NCBI GenBank assembly: GCA_030265395.1
Contig: JARFYF010000001.1
Location: 46,680,427-46,744,426, forward strand
Length of the DNA: 64,000 nucleotides
From: Rhina ancylostomus
Taxonomy: Eukaryota
Reading direction: 5' to 3'
Shown piece after piece: positions 13,501 to 25,500 of the stretch. The notes beneath the pieces were generated by a model. The model searched no databases and was not told the DNA's origin. It saw only the letters and a program-made list of their open reading frames with translations. Position numbers and translations under genes: made by a program. Position 1 is the stretch's first letter. Each line of letters begins with the position of its first letter.

Positions 13501-16500
13501 TGTCCAGTTCAGCTTTAGGTGGTACTGCAAATAAGAATAGAAAGCAATGAATAATTTTTGAAAAAGATGTTTTTGCTTTATCAGGAAATTGATAGATATA
13601 TGCCATATTTTTAACACCACCATACCATATTCATCTTTGCATGTGACTGGTCCAGTAGATTCAGATGGTGTACTAATTACTCCACTTGCATTCTTGGCTA
13701 AAACACGGAATTCATAAGCCTCCGATTCACTTAGTCCTGTAACAGTGTAGAAGGTATCAGAGATAGAGGTGTAGTTGCACTTCAGCCAGCGGCCATCACC
13801 AGTTTCATTATAAGGCTNNNNNNNNNNACTGAAGACCTATTAACATCTGTTACTTCTGGTTGACCTGGAGGATCTTTATACATTTAAACAAAAGTGAAGT
13901 TAAATTTCAACTGAAATCTGAAACTAGTTGCAAATATATAAATTATATTATCTCTTTTCTTATACTTTTGAGCTTACCAACAGGATTCTGAGCCATTATT
14001 AATCTCGAAGCTTCACTTGCTTTACTCAAGCCAGCTGCATTCATTGCATAAACTCTAAACTGGTATTCCAAGCCTTCCACTAGAGTAGATATTTTGTAAT
14101 GGCAATCAATACATGGTATTTTATTTTCTTTCACCCAGAGAATGCTGTTACGTTCTTTCTTTTCAATCCAGTAGCCTGTAACTTTGCTGCCACCATCATG
14201 ATATGGCTCTTCCCATTGGATAGACATGGCATTAGCAGATACAAAATTCATGACTGGCCTGGTTGGAGGGCTTGGTGGAACTACAGTATTAAGAAATAAT
14301 ACAATTAGTAAGTTTTCTCCAATTTCATTGTTCAGTATGCCTTATCAAATAAATAATTATAATTTTTGACTTACCAAATGGATGTTCAGCAACCACAGGT
14401 TTTGATTCCAATGGTTTGCTGACACCAAATCTGTTTTCTGCACAGACTCGGAAAGTGTATTCCATATACTTTGTCAAGTGTGTAACTTTAATTTGAGTGC
14501 GTTTTACACTGGAGTTGATGAGCTGCCATGCTGTGGTACCAGATTCACGTTTTTCTACGATATAGTTGGTGATATCAGTACCACCATCATCTTCAGGCTC
14601 TGCCCATGACAATACACATNNNNNNNNNNNNNNNNNNNNNNNNNNNNNNNNNNNNNNNNNNNNNNNNNNNNNNNNNNNNNNNNNNNNNNNNNNNNNNNNN
14701 NNNNNNNNNNNNNNNNNNNACATGAATCCGCAGAAACAGATGAGATACTCAAAGGTCCAGTAACTGGACCTGGTCGACCAATAACATTGACAGTTACAGA
14801 AAAGGTCTGGACTCCTGCTGTGTTTTCAAGTGTTAGGTAATATTTCCCTGAGTCACCTCTCATAGAGTCCTTTGCAGTCAATGTAGTTCTCTCTTTTGTT
14901 GTGATGATACTGACTCTATCAGTTTCCTTTAGTCTCATCTCCTCAAGCTTCCACGTTACCTTAGGTGCCGGACGTCCACTAATAGGAACATCTATAGTAA
15001 AGGTACTTCCTGATTTGCAGGTGATTGTTTGATTGGTGATTAAAGATAAGTCTGCTTTAGGCTCTATCTGTGGTTCTTTAATAATAACAGATGAAAATGC
15101 CTCCCTTGGTTCACTGTAACCAGCATTATTTTTAGCTCTGACACGGAATTCATACTCTGTATTTTCAACAAGTCCATCAACTTGAAGTGTAAGGAGTTTG
15201 GTTTGACCACCTTCAACCCAGTGATCTGAACCTTTTTGTTTCATCTCCACTTTATAACCAATAATTTGACTGCCACCATCATGCTCTGGTTTCATCCAAG
15301 CCAAGATTGCAAACGTTCTGCCTGTATCAACAATATCCAGTCTCTTCGGTGGTGCTGGCTCCTCAGTGGCTACTATAGGCTCTGTCATTTCATATGGTAC
15401 ACCAAGGCCATATTCATTTTCTGCCATGACCCGGAAGAAGTATGGCACTCCTGCAAGTTCTTGCGCTCTGAAGATCTGTCGGGTGCACTTGCTGCTGATT
15501 TCTTGCCAGCTGCGCCTACTGGCTTCACGCTTCTCAATTACATAGTGATGGATACGTGAACCTCCATCATGAATGGGAGCATCCCACATCAACGTAATTG
15601 CACCTCGAGTGACATCTTTGAATGTAATTGGCCCTGGTGGTCCTGGAGTGTCTTGCACTTTAACGGTGAAAGTAATAGACTTGCTACCATTGCTGTTTTC
15701 CACAGTAAGAGTATATTTTCCAGCATCATATCTATTGCAATCCTCTATTGTTAATGCGCTGCTCGTGTCTGTGGTATTAATGTGAACATGTACTCCAATG
15801 GATGAATCTGCTTTTTTCCAAGTGGCAACAGGAACTGGCCTACCTTGGAAGGCAACGTGTAGCTGAACTGTAGTGCCAGCTCGAACAATATGAATTTGTT
15901 TGAAACTGGCATCAGTCTCAATTTCTGGTGCTGTTAACCTATCTGTAGCTAGTACTGGAGCAGAAATTTCACAGCTTTCTCCTTTTCCTGCGCCATTAAC
16001 AGCACAGACACGGAATTTGTACTCTTCACCAGCTTCCAGTTCAGTAACTATGTACTTGGTATTGACGCATGCTTCTACGTTAACCTTCTGCCAATCTCCA
16101 AGACTGGCTTTGCACATTTCAATTGTGTAGCCAATTATTTCCATGCCTCCGTCAAAGACAGGCCGAGTCCATTCCAAACTTACAGATGTCTTTGTTGTAT
16201 CTGTGACTCTAACAATGGTAGGTGCACCTGGTGGGTTTACTGGTTCTCTACATTTAATAAGTCTAGAAATATCACTTGCGGGACCGACCCCAGCATTATT
16301 TTCAGCCATGACACGGAATTCATATTCATTCCCTTCTGTGAGGTTAGTCACTTTGAATCGGTTTTCAGTAATTGGTCTTTTGCTGGAAACTTTGACCCAA
16401 CGCAGACTCTTCTTCTCACGCCGTTCCAGGATGTAATGTATAATTTCATTCCCTCCATCTGATTTTGGTCTTGACCAAGTAAGAGTAATAGTTTCTCCAG

Positions 16501-19500
16501 AAACATTAGTTGATTCTGGTGTACCAGGTGCATCAGGCACAGCTATGAAACAAAATAAAATAGTTAACTAATTAGAACTAGTTTGACAAATAAGGACTTC
16601 CAAGTGTTTGACAAAAGAGTAGAGCATCAATTACAAATTCTGAAAAACACGTACTGTATTGTATCTGTGCAATAACTGGCTCTGAATCGATTGGTCTGCC
16701 AATGCCAAATTTGTTGACGGCTGAAACTCGGAACTGGTACTCATTCCCCTTAATTAACTTAGTGACTGTGTATGAACAGGCTTCACAATCATCACTGACC
16801 AATGCCCATGTAAGTCGACTTGTCTCACGTTTCTCTATTACATAATTGGTAATGACAGCACAGCCATCATTATCTGGTGGAACCCACCACAATGTAAGTT
16901 TCTCTCCAGTAATGTTGGTAAATCGAATAGGTCCAACTGGTGGTCCAGGAGTGTCTAAACAAAAGCAGAAATGTTAGTGCTCAGCAAGTTAACAAAAATA
17001 TTCAACACACTAAAACATTAAACTGAGAAAGTAAACCAGGTACATAAGTTGTCAACTTCCTCTAATTACCTTGAACTCTGACATGAATATCAGCTCTCTG
17101 AATGCCTGAAGCATTCTTGGCTTCCACAGTATATATGCCACGATGATCTCGGTTGCTGTCTCTAACAAAGATGGAACTAGACCCAATAGTATTGGTGATA
17201 TCCACCATCAGTCTCTTCTCAATTTCCTTTCCATCCTTATACCAGATTACCTGAGGTAATGGGCGACCTTTGATATGCACCTTGAGTCGAATACTCTCAC
17301 CAGATTTTACTGTCATGCCTTCAAAATGTTCAGCGCCAAATTCAATTGATGGTGGTACTATGAAAGAAACAGATGAGTGATTGCCAAGTTGACATTTCAA
17401 AGACATTACAACCATATACAATATCAAAAACAAACTAATTAGCTTTTATATGTACTTACTGCTTTCATCCCTTGTCATAATGTTTCCTGATGATTGAGAA
17501 GGTGGACTGACTGTTCCAACAGCATTTCTAGCAATTATATGGAATTCATAACGATCACCAGGGCTAAGGCCTGACACTGTATATTGGCATTCAGTAATAT
17601 CAACGAAGTTGCACCGCAGCCAACGGCCTCCTCCTTGCCGCTTTTCAACACTATATGCCACAATTTTACTACCACCATCACGAGGTGGTGGATCCCACTT
17701 AAGGGTTATAGTTTCTCTTGTCACATCGATATAATCTGGTGTACCAGGTGGATCTGATGAAGGAATTTTACAAGTAGTCAGGTAAAGGAATAACAATAAT
17801 CAATGTTAACTATTATGCTTTGATACAAGTAGAATTCAGCACAAAGAAGGAAAAATATTACTTACCAACTGGTGAGACAGCCAAGGTGAATTTGCTTGCT
17901 TCACTAACTGGGCTCAGTCCAACACTGTTTTCAGAATAAACTCGGAACTGATAGTCTAGGCCTTCAGTAAGTCCTAAAATTCTGTATTCTCTGCCAGAAA
18001 TAGGAGTTTTGTTGACTTTTTGCCACAAGATGCTGTTTCTTTCTTTCTTCTCAACATGATATCCAGTGACTTCTGAACCACCATCATATAATGGTGCATC
18101 CCATGAGATTGTCATACCATCACAAGTGACATTGTATACAACAGGCTTTCCAGGTGGCCCAGGAAGCCTGAACTGATGTTTTGCTATAATAGCCATTGAA
18201 TTAAGTGGCTGGCTTACTCCATATCTGTTTTCAGCATAAATTCTAAATTGATATTCTAGATCTTTAACCAGTTTAGTGACTTTAAAGGTATTCCTGGCCA
18301 CACTAGAACAAACCACTTTCCAATTTGTTTGCGAAGTTTCACGTTTTTCAATGCTGTAGCTAGTAATTTCACTTCCTCCATCATCATCAGGTGCATCCCA
18401 TGAAATTATGACACTTTCAGATTTGATTTCATCAAATCTAACTGGTCCTTTAGGCTTCGATGGTGGACCAAGGGTAATTATGGTAAAGTTGTAAGACTTT
18501 CTTGAAATTGCATTATCAAGGATCAAGGTGTATTTTCCACCATGTTCTTTCTTGACATTCTTAATACTTAATGTGACTTTATTTTCTGTTTTTGTGTACC
18601 GAATTTGTTTGCTTTCTTTTAACAGAATATTGTCTTTCTCCCATTTGATACTTGGTCGAGGTTTACCCCTATATGGCAGATCAACGTGAACATTATGTCC
18701 AATTCTTACACTAATTTGTCCTCCTGGTATTTCAGATAAGTCAGCTTCAGGTGTAATTACATAATCTTTCACAGTGATGGGTGCCGTAATAACACTATCA
18801 CTTAACCCCTTTTCATTTTTCGCAAAGACTCGGAATTCAATTACTGCTAACTCCTTTAATTTAGTAATTTCAAAGGTACAGACTTTGGAAATTCCAGCAA
18901 GCGACCATCCTTGTTCCTCTTTCAATTTCTTTTCAATTATATATTCTGTAATTATGCTGCCTCCATCATAGTCGGGTCTGTTCCATTGTAACACCACAGA
19001 AGATTTTGTTGAGTCTTTCATCACAAGATCCTTGACGGGCCCTGGTACTTCAGTGGCTTTCACTGGTTCTGAAGTCTCACATGGCTCACCCACTCCATTC
19101 TCATTCTCTGCTAATACTCGGAAAAAGAATGAGGTCTTTTCGCACAGGCTGGTAATCTTAAAAGTTGTGCTGGAACATTTGGTTGTGACGCTTGACCAGG
19201 CTCTTTTTGTCGCATCTCTCTTTTCAATGACATAATTGACAATTTCAGCACCACCATTAATAAGAGGTGGTTCCCAAACTAATGTGACTGTGCCTCTAGT
19301 CACATGCTTTACGTGCAACTTCTGACAAGGTCCCGGAGTATCAAGGACTTTCACAGTTACAAATGTTGATTTGGGTTCTCCAACACCATTTTCAATTGAC
19401 AAAACATACTTGCCAGTATCTTCACGGTTGACCTCAGGAATAGTGAGAAGCGTAGATGACTCAGTATTATGGATGGTGTATCTTTCATCAGTGTTAATAT

Positions 19501-22500
19501 TTTTCTCATCCTTTCTCCAGGTGACATTTGGATGAGGACGGCCTTTGAAAGGTATCATAATTTCTACATTTTCTCCTGTTTTTGCTGTTATGGAAGTTCT
19601 GAGTGCAACATCAAGATCAATCTCAGGCTCCTCTGTAGAATATAAATATATAAATATATATCTGAAAATATTCACATATATGTTACATGTAATCAATGCA
19701 TTCTATATATCATAGACTTACCCAGTATGTCTTTAGCCTGTACAGGTTCTACCATTTCAATTGGTTCCCCTTGACCAGCAACATTAACCGCACTGACACG
19801 GAAGTAATAGTTTACACCGTGTGTTAATTGGGACACAACATATTCTGTAGTTCTGACTTCACCCTTAGAAGTAATTACTGTCCATTGCTGTTCTTCAGCT
19901 TCCCTCTTTTCAACAACATAGCTTGTTATTGCGCTTCCTCCATCATAGACAGGTTTAATCCAGCCAAGAGTGATGGAAGATTTGGTGCTGTCCACAATCT
20001 TCAGCTTGGTTGGTTGGCCAGGTGGATCTACAAATAAGAGTGAGGGTATTTGAATGCATCAGCTGGTAAAACGTTGCTACCTTTTGCTTAATATTTGCAA
20101 GTTTCACATTAATTTTACATACCAATTGGATCAGCAGCTTTATAGAAATCAGAAGAGTCAGAGTACGGACCCTCTCCTGCTGCATTGATAGCGCACACTT
20201 GGTACTGATACTCATTGCCTTCTGTAAGCCCAGAGACCTTTTGCCTGGTATCACAGATAGGTTCTTTGGTCACCTTAAACCATCGTAGACTCTTTCTCTC
20301 ACGTCTTTCTAAGATATAGCCACGGATTTCATTGCCACCATCAACACTTGGTCTCTTCCAGCTTATAGTCATTGTTTGTTTCGTTATCATGGAAGCTTCA
20401 GGCATGCCTGGTTGCCCGGGTGTAACTATTGAAAAAAAATATTTTCAAATTAACCTTTATGTAAAAATTAAGAAGAATATTCATTGGAAAAATAACTTGT
20501 CTTGTTTTCTTACCAAATGCATTCTTAGCAATGACAGCATCAGATTCCAGTGGATCACCAACACCATATTTGTTCACACCCCGAATACGGAACATATATT
20601 CATTGCCTTTAATGATATTCCTTACAGTAACGATACAATGCTCCATCTTTTCTGAAATGAGAGACCACACAACTCGACTTGTCTCACGTTTTTCAACAAT
20701 ATAATGGCTGACAGGTGCACCGCCATCATCTGTTGGAGCACCCCAGGTGAGCGTGATCTTCTCAGCTGTAACACTCGTAAACTGCACAGGCCCAAGTGGT
20801 GGTCCAGGCTTGTCTGTGAAACAGAAGAAGAACAGTCATGCAACTCCTGAAAAACATACAGTTCCAATACTAACCTTCAATTTATAAGGGCACAATAGAT
20901 CTACATACCTAGAACTTGTAATCTGATTGTTCCTGATGCTGAGCCCATGGGATTTTTAAGCCTGACTTCATAGGTTCCACTGTTGATTCGACAGGCATCC
21001 TTAATAATTACTGCAGCAGAGTCAGTTGTGTTTTCAATAAAGACTTGTGAACTTGTCTCAAGTTCTTTACCATTTTTATACCATTCAATTGATGGCAAAG
21101 GCTTTCCAGAGACACCGACTTTAATCTTTATGGCTGAACCAGCCTTAAATTTGACAACATCCATATACTCCAAAGGCAAGTCAACCTGAGGTGCACCTAT
21201 GCATCAAAGTTAATAACAGTATTATGATTAAAAATACTAACCACAAAACCACAAAAATAATCCTTGAAATGCAACTGTATTGTTAGTGAAAAAACAATTA
21301 CCAAAGGTATCATGGCATGTTACAGGTCCAACAACTTCAGATGGATTACTTATTGAACCAATTGCATTCTTCGCAAACACGCGGAATTCATACTGTGCAT
21401 CTTGAGTCAAGCCTGATACAGTAAATTGAGTCTCAATAACATTTGTAAAGCTGGCCTTTGTCCATCTCCCGTTTGGCAAATCACGTTTTTCAACGATGTA
21501 GCCAGTAATCTTGCTGCCACCATCATAAGCTGGTTTTTTCCAGCTGAGGCTAACAGAGGTCTTTGAAACATCTGTAACACGTACATTTGATGGAGACTCT
21601 GGAAAACAAGCATGCAAGAGATTTAATTATCTGATCATATTTACAAGTATTGGTATAGCATAAGCAATAAACCATTTCTACATTGGATTGAAAAGAACCA
21701 AAGCACAATTTGAGTGAATACCTACCACAAGCATCGATTGCAAGAACTTGATCGGAAGGATGGCTGACTTTGCCAATGCCTGCGGCATTTTCTGCATATA
21801 CACGGAATTCATAGATAAGTCCACTACTGATATTTGTGACCTTTAAGTGTGTTGTACGGATAATGGTCTTGTTAACTTTCTGCCACAAAATGCTATTCCT
21901 GTCCTTCATTTCCAAATGATAACCAATCACATGGTTGCCACCATCAGAAACAGGTTCATTCCAACCTACTGTTATACTTTCCCTAGTGACATTAGTAACC
22001 CATGGAGTTGATGGAGGACCAGGTGTTGCTGAAAAATACAGGGAATGTACAGTTAGCAGTGTGAGCAGATAAGGATTAACAATAATGATTTTGTGCTTTG
22101 TTAAGCTGAATAATCATGCTGAGAAGAGTAAACAACTTACTATATGGCAATTTGACTGTAACACATGAGGAGTCAATATGATCACTGATTCCAAAACGGT
22201 TTTCAGCTTTAATGCGGAACTGATATTCCTCTCCAGTAGTCAGCTTCATGACTTTGATTAAACTTCTTGCTGCAGTAGCAGATACTTCTGACCAAGCAGC
22301 TGTGCTGGTTTCTCTTTTCAGAACAATGTAGTTTGTTACCTGACTGCCACCATCGTATGTTGGTGGTTGCCATCTCAGTGTCACACTGTCTTCAGTGACA
22401 TCACTAATACTCACAGGGCCCACTGGAGGTCCAGGTCTGTCCAGCACTACGATGTTAATGAAGGATTTTGTTGTTCCACTGGAATTGGCAGCTGTAATAT

Positions 22501-25500
22501 CATATCGACCAGAGTCACTGGCAACACTTTCTTTCAGATTCACAATAATGCTTTCTGAAGTCATTTCAGTGTTAAATCTCATGGATGACTTCACGGAAAT
22601 GCCATCTTTGGACCAAGATATTTTAGGCTGTGGCTTGCCAGAAATTGGAATTTCAAATTTTAGGTTAGATCCAGCTCGAACATAAACAGTGTTGCGTGGG
22701 AAGTTCTTCATGTCAATTTCAGGTGATTCTGAAAATAATTTGGAAAAAAAAGTAGTCTTAATTCAATGTATTCTGAGCCTAAAGCTCAGAGTGCTACTGA
22801 ACTTAAAAAAAGCCTGAAACTTCTTGTTTTCAAGTAACCACGTTAATTATAGCAACTTGCACTACAGAATGCTATTATAATTGAAAAATAATTACCAAGT
22901 TGTTCTTTAACTGTTACTGGTAGAACCATTTCCTTTGGATCACTTAGACCAGCCTGGTTTTCAGCAGAAACTCTGAAGAAATAGTCAGCATTTTGTTTCA
23001 AACCATGTATAACATGATGTGTAGTCTTCACAACTGCACATTTAATCCACTTTTGCTGGCCTTTTTCAAGAGCTTCTATAAAGTAGCTTGTGATCCTACT
23101 GCCTCCATCATGTTCTGGCTTTGACCAGGCAAGTGAAACACTGTCTTTGGTGACATTTGTAACTCCAAGTCGCTCAGGTGAGCTTGGTTTTTCTGGAAAA
23201 GAGTATAATACATTATTACTGTTTAAATTACTAGAAAAAAACAATAAATTAAAATTAGTTACTTAAAACATTTTTTTTCCACTGAATTTTGGGCATTTCC
23301 TCTGGCTTCTCCACATAAATTAAAATATTTTCTTCCTCCATTTTATTTGCACTTCACACTAAGTTGATATCTCTATTAAATGAACTGGTAAAGAATGGGA
23401 GTATATCATATTAGGAATGAGAAAAGAGATCTATACCCGACTAAAACATATATAATCCTGGGCCTTATAAAAACAGGCATTGCATAGTAGTAAAATCAAT
23501 GTAGTTGTGATGAATCTCTATAAAACACTGGTTTAGCCTCAACTACAGCATTTAGTACATTGGGAAGGATGTAAATGTTCCAGAGATGATGCAGAAAAGA
23601 TTTAGTGGGAAGTGGATGTGGAATTTCAGTTGATGTAAGTAGACTTGAGAAGCTGACTTTGTTCTCCTTTGAGTACCAAAGGCTCAGAGGTGATTTAATG
23701 GAAGCATTATTAAGGACTCAGGTAAAGTGCATAAATTAAAAATGTTTTCATTGGTGGAAGTATTAAGGCAATTTGTGAAAGAACCAGGGATGACATCTGG
23801 AAAAACCTTTTCACAATGTTATTTGTCACAATCTGGATTTCACTTTGTACTGGGCTTTAAATAGATGTNNNNNNNNNNNNNNNNNNNNNNNNNNNNNNNN
23901 NNNNNNNNNNNNNNNNNNNNNNNNNNNNNNNNNNNNNNNNNNNNNNNNNNNNNNNAATTCTCTTTACATGTTTGAATGAGTCCAATTCTACATTCTGTTG
24001 CACAATGGGGCAGAAAATAGATCCCAATAGGGTCTGTATTAATTTAAGCCACACAACCCAACATTTGGGTCAGCTATTTCATGAAGTATCTCTGGCACAC
24101 AAAAATAACAAAAGATTCTTAATGCTTAAATCAGCCCTCTCTGAGAAGCTGTGTATCATAACAATAGAGCAGTGACAGACTGGCCCAATTTTGATAATTC
24201 AGTGGATACTGGGATCCACTGAATACTAAAAAATAATTTTTTGTTAAATAAATTGATAAAACATTGTTGCGGCGCTAGACGCAGGAGAACTGTCTCGACT
24301 AACCATTTCATCTCGCACCTTCCAAACTACCAGGTTGCTCACCCTCTTTTTCCAGGATTATTTTCAGCATGGTGGCATGCCTGTTATTTTCTTCAAGCAG
24401 ACAAGCTGCTGTGAAGGCTCAACAAATACGGACAGCTCACCAATTAAGGTTAATGAAGCCCAATGCACACTTTCAGGTTGCCTTTGCCTCCCAGTTGTGC
24501 ACATACTGAGGTCACACTAGCACATCCACAGCTGCGATTGGGCATGCTAATTTTTTACCCCCACTAGTCACTACAATTATTGTACCATGTCATATTTATA
24601 TTTAAGCAATTTGCTCTTTTTTTGTGGAGCAGATGGCTCATTGTAATCCTGCAATGTGAAAATAACCAGAAACCATTTGAGAGATCACCAAGTTAATCAT
24701 TTCTACTCCTGAGAAAGCATAATTTCATTAGGTTTGTCAGTTAAGCATGGTATGCTGATATTGTGGCTTAACTGAAAAACCTAATGAAATTATGCAAAGA
24801 TTCTGTTGCTAACTCTGAGGTGTGGTATGTGGGAATGCCTCATTGCATTGTTCAATAACTTAATGAAAATATTCAAGCAACGGTAATAAATGGATAAATT
24901 ACCTGTTACTTTTACACCGTCCTTGGTCTCAATAGGTACACCAACACCAAACTCATTTTCTCCCCGGACACGGAAGTAATAAATTCCACCTTCTTGCAAG
25001 TCACTAACTTTGTAAGTAAGACGCTGACAGTTGGTTGTAACAGTGACCCATGCCTTCTTACTAGCTTCATGCTTTTCAATATGATAAGTCTTCACTCGAG
25101 CACCACCTTCAATTTCCGGTACATCCCAGTTCAGTGTTACAGATTCCTTGGTAACTTCTTTTACAGTAATAGTGCCAGGAGGTCCAGGTGAATCCAGGAC
25201 TTTGACAACCAGAGTTAATGTGGCAGTAGCTAAAATATTCTGCAGTGTTACTGTATATTTTCCACAGTCATACCTTGTTGCTTTTTCAATTGTCAGTGAT
25301 GTTTTTGAATCAGTGACCTCAATATTTCCTCTTACACGGAGATCTACATCAGGTTTGCTCCACATTACATTAGGTACTGGTTTTCCTCTAAAAGGTACAG
25401 TTAATGTAAAGGAACTTCCAGCCTTGACAATCAATGTTTTACGCATTTCATTATCAATTTCAAATGCAGGTTCCTCTTCTCTTTCTTTTGCAATTTGTGG

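Noticed and set aside
13626-16542. Apparent frameshifts suggesting a titin pseudogene
   Set aside because: Both coincide with N-gaps; I saw no stop or frameshift in called bases
22772-22790. 7-bp hairpin tctgagc-ctaaa-gctcaga near the 3' end of intron 327
   Set aside because: Too short to distinguish from chance in 64 kb
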